From NCBI GenBank assembly GCA_947591495.1, contig CANQDG010000001.1, positions 21,485 through 85,484 of the forward strand: 64,000 bases of DNA. Direction: 5' to 3'. The DNA is from an uncultured Bacilli bacterium (GTDB lineage: Bacteria > Bacillota_I > Bacilli_A > ML615J-28 > CAG-313). The notes under the pieces are model-generated. The model ran no database searches and was not told where the DNA came from. It worked only from the letters and a program-made list of their open reading frames with translations. This document shows positions 62,126 through 64,000 of this stretch, piece by piece (the first letter of the stretch is position 1; each line of letters opens with the position of its first letter). Made by a program: the position numbers and the translations under genes.

Positions 62126-63322
62126 ATGAGTAAAATTATGGCGGTTAATGCAGGAAGTTCATCCTTAAAATTTCAATTATTAGAAATGCCAGAAGAAAAA
62201 GTAATTACAGAAGGCTTATTTGAAAAAATTGGGTTAAAAGATCCGCATTTTACAATTAAATATAATGGTTTAAAAGAAGAAGAAGATGTCAATATTCGCA
62301 ACCATCAAGACGCAGTAGAAATGCTTTTAAAAGTATTAGTTAGCAAAAAAATTGTTAATAAACTTGAAGACATTTCAGGTGTTGGTCATCGAATTTTACA
62401 CTGCGGTGAATTTTATAGCGATTCAGTTTTAATGACTGAAGAATCAATTAAAAATGTTGAATCAGTTAATGATTTAGGACCATTACATAATCCCGCTAAT
62501 CTTATGGGAGTTAGAGCCTTTATGAAAGCTTTACCTAATGTGCCTAATGTTGGTGTTTTTGATACTTCATTTCATTTAACAATGGATAAAGAAGCATATA
62601 TGTATGCTGTTCCATATGAATGGTATGAAAAATATGGAGTTAGAAAATATGGCTTTCATGGCACATCACATAAATATGTCTCAATGGAAGCAGCTAAACA
62701 TTTGAATAAACCACTTGAAAGTCTTCGACTTATTACTTGTCATATGGGTAATGGGGTTAGTTTAGCAGCTATTAAATATGGTAAATGTGTTGATACTACA
62801 ATGGGACTTACACCATTAGATGGTATTCCAATGGGAACAAGATCAGGTACAATTGATCCTGCTGTAGTCGATTTTATTTGTCGTAAAGAAAATAAAACAG
62901 CAGAAGAAGTAAATCGTATTTTAAATAAAGAATCAGGATATATTGGATTTTTCAAAAAATCTTCTGATGCACGCGATTTGCGCAAGGCTCAAGCCGAAGG
63001 AGACGAAAAAGCCGATTTAATTTTACGAATGCAAGAAAAAAAGGTTGTCGATTATATAGGTAGTTATTATGCTTATATGGGTGGTGTTGATGCAATTATC
63101 TTTACTGCGGGTATTGGTGAAAAAGCCCCTGAAACAAGACATAATATTTGTGAAAGATTAAAAGAACCTTTTGGTATTGAAATTGATGAAGAAAAGAATC
63201 AGAAAAAAGGCGAGTATGTGGAACTATCAACTAAAGCATCAAAAATTAAAGTATTAGTAGTTCCAACAAATGAAGAATTAATGATTGCTCGCGATGTAAT
63301 GAGAATAGGAAATATTAAATAA
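62126..63322 (+). CDS. ackA: acetate kinase
   Basis: N-terminus KIMAVNAGSSSLKF with ASKHA fold motifs. The start is assigned to the internal ATG, which has a GGAGG RBS. The ORF-track start at 62030 lacks an RBS. Confidence 0.9.
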   Translation: MSKIMAVNAGSSSLKFQLLEMPEEKVITEGLFEKIGLKDPHFTIKYNGLKEEEDVNIRNHQDAVEMLLKVLVSKKIVNKLEDISGVGHRILHCGEFYSDSVLMTEESIKNVESVNDLGPLHNPANLMGVRAFMKALPNVPNVGVFDTSFHLTMDKEAYMYAVPYEWYEKYGVRKYGFHGTSHKYVSMEAAKHLNKPLESLRLITCHMGNGVSLAAIKYGKCVDTTMGLTPLDGIPMGTRSGTIDPAVVDFICRKENKTAEEVNRILNKESGYIGFFKKSSDARDLRKAQAEGDEKADLILRMQEKKVVDYIGSYYAYMGGVDAIIFTAGIGEKAPETRHNICERLKEPFGIEIDEEKNQKKGEYVELSTKASKIKVLVVPTNEELMIARDVMRIGNIK

Positions 63323-63365
63323 AAACAGTTAAATTAACAAAAATAAAAAAGTTAGGAGGAATACT

Positions 63366-64000
63366 ATGAATCAACCAAATGATGATATGTTTTCAGCAAA
63401 ACCGGTTCTAAAGGTTATTGGTGTTGGTGGCGGTGGCGGTAATGCGATAAATCGTATGATTGATAATGATGTTCGAGGTGTTGAATATATTGCTGTTAAT
63501 ACTGACTGTCAAGTGTTGAGATTATCAAAGGCTGAAGTTAGAATTCCGATTGGCAATGAACTTACTCGTGGTCTTGGTGCAGGAGCTAATCCTGATATTG
63601 GTCGTCGTGCTGCTGAAGAATCAGAAGCTGAACTTAGAGAAGTTTTAAAAGATACTGATTTAGTATTTATTACAGCTGGTATGGGAGGTGGCACTGGAAC
63701 TGGTGCTGCACCAGTTATTGCGCGATATGCTAAAGAAGCAGGTTGTGTTGTTGTAGGTGTTGTAACTAAACCTTTTGGTTTTGAAGGTCGTAGACGGATG
63801 CAACAAGCAATTGCCGGCATTGAACAAATGCGCCCATATGTAGATACATTAGTTATAGTTCCAAATGATAAATTACTTGATATTATTGGAACTAACACGA
63901 CTTATTTAGAAGCATTTAGTGAAGCTGATAACGTTTTAAGACGTGGTGTGCAAGGTATATCAGAAATTATTACCCTTCCAGGAGTTATTAATGTTGACTT
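63366..64000 (+). CDS. ftsZ: cell division GTPase FtsZ (5' part; continues beyond window)
   Basis: [15 protein letters not shown] and the tubulin signature [16 protein letters not shown]. Absent from the ORF track because no stop codon falls in the window. Confidence 0.9.
   Translation, partial: MNQPNDDMFSAKPVLKVIGVGGGGGNAINRMIDNDVRGVEYIAVNTDCQVLRLSKAEVRIPIGNELTRGLGAGANPDIGRRAAEESEAELREVLKDTDLVFITAGMGGGTGTGAAPVIARYAKEAGCVVVGVVTKPFGFEGRRRMQQAIAGIEQMRPYVDTLVIVPNDKLLDIIGTNTTYLEAFSEADNVLRRGVQGISEIITLPGVINVD

Overview
This is a chromosomal segment from an AT-rich, low-GC, spore-forming Firmicute. The spore-former call rests on YunB, CwlD-like and CotJB/CotJC genes and the Bacillus/Clostridium-type gene order. 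Almost everything is on the + strand.

The core genes, left to right:
- dnaE 3' end, glcK, pgcA, pgi and a MATE exporter.
- cdaA in an operon with a bifunctional ispDF.
- yunB, cls, an Nfu-like gene and an S1-domain gene.
- tsaE-tsaB-rimI-tsaD.
- pckA coupled to a four-gene Na+-translocating oxaloacetate-decarboxylase-type operon with a split alpha subunit (carboxyltransferase, OadG-like, BCCP, OadB).
- A CPA2 antiporter, a LysR regulator and birA-bioY with a textbook BirA operator.
- An iron-sulfur-flavoprotein-like gene, tgt, ftsW/spoVE-murG-murB, a cotJ-like pair, a Sel1 protein, ackA and the ftsZ 5' end.

The accessory content:
(a) A lipoprotein with a C-terminal endonuclease-I domain and a Zn-ribbon membrane protein sit divergently upstream of a giant gene. 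That gene encodes a 1473-1482-aa DUF4011-like/Upf1-like SF1 helicase-like ATPase with a Vsr/DUF559-like C-terminus. It is translationally coupled to an ankyrin-repeat protein and then to cdaA. This is the best candidate for an undescribed two-gene nucleic-acid-targeting system.
(b) Two giant surface lipoproteins carry Listeria-Bacteroides repeats and a BspA-type LRR. They are followed by an extremely AT-rich spacer and a signal-less Cys-repeat tail-anchored ORF.
(c) A large membrane protein has a CvpA-like N-terminus fused to an ~850-aa acidic repeat region.
(d) A small tRNA-Ser(CGA)-associated island of about 4 kb ends in a degenerate copy of the tRNA. It carries a conspicuously GC-rich AbiEi/AbiEii (type IV toxin-antitoxin / abortive-infection) cassette with an operator-like inverted repeat in its promoter, plus two small lipoproteins.
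(e) Beyond the island lie a decayed fragment and an intact copy of a DUF4143/COG1373 AAA ATPase, separated by 33-bp tandem repeats, and a ~75-bp imperfect palindrome.

Several promoters, intrinsic terminators and a terminator-type leader upstream of pckA are directly visible.
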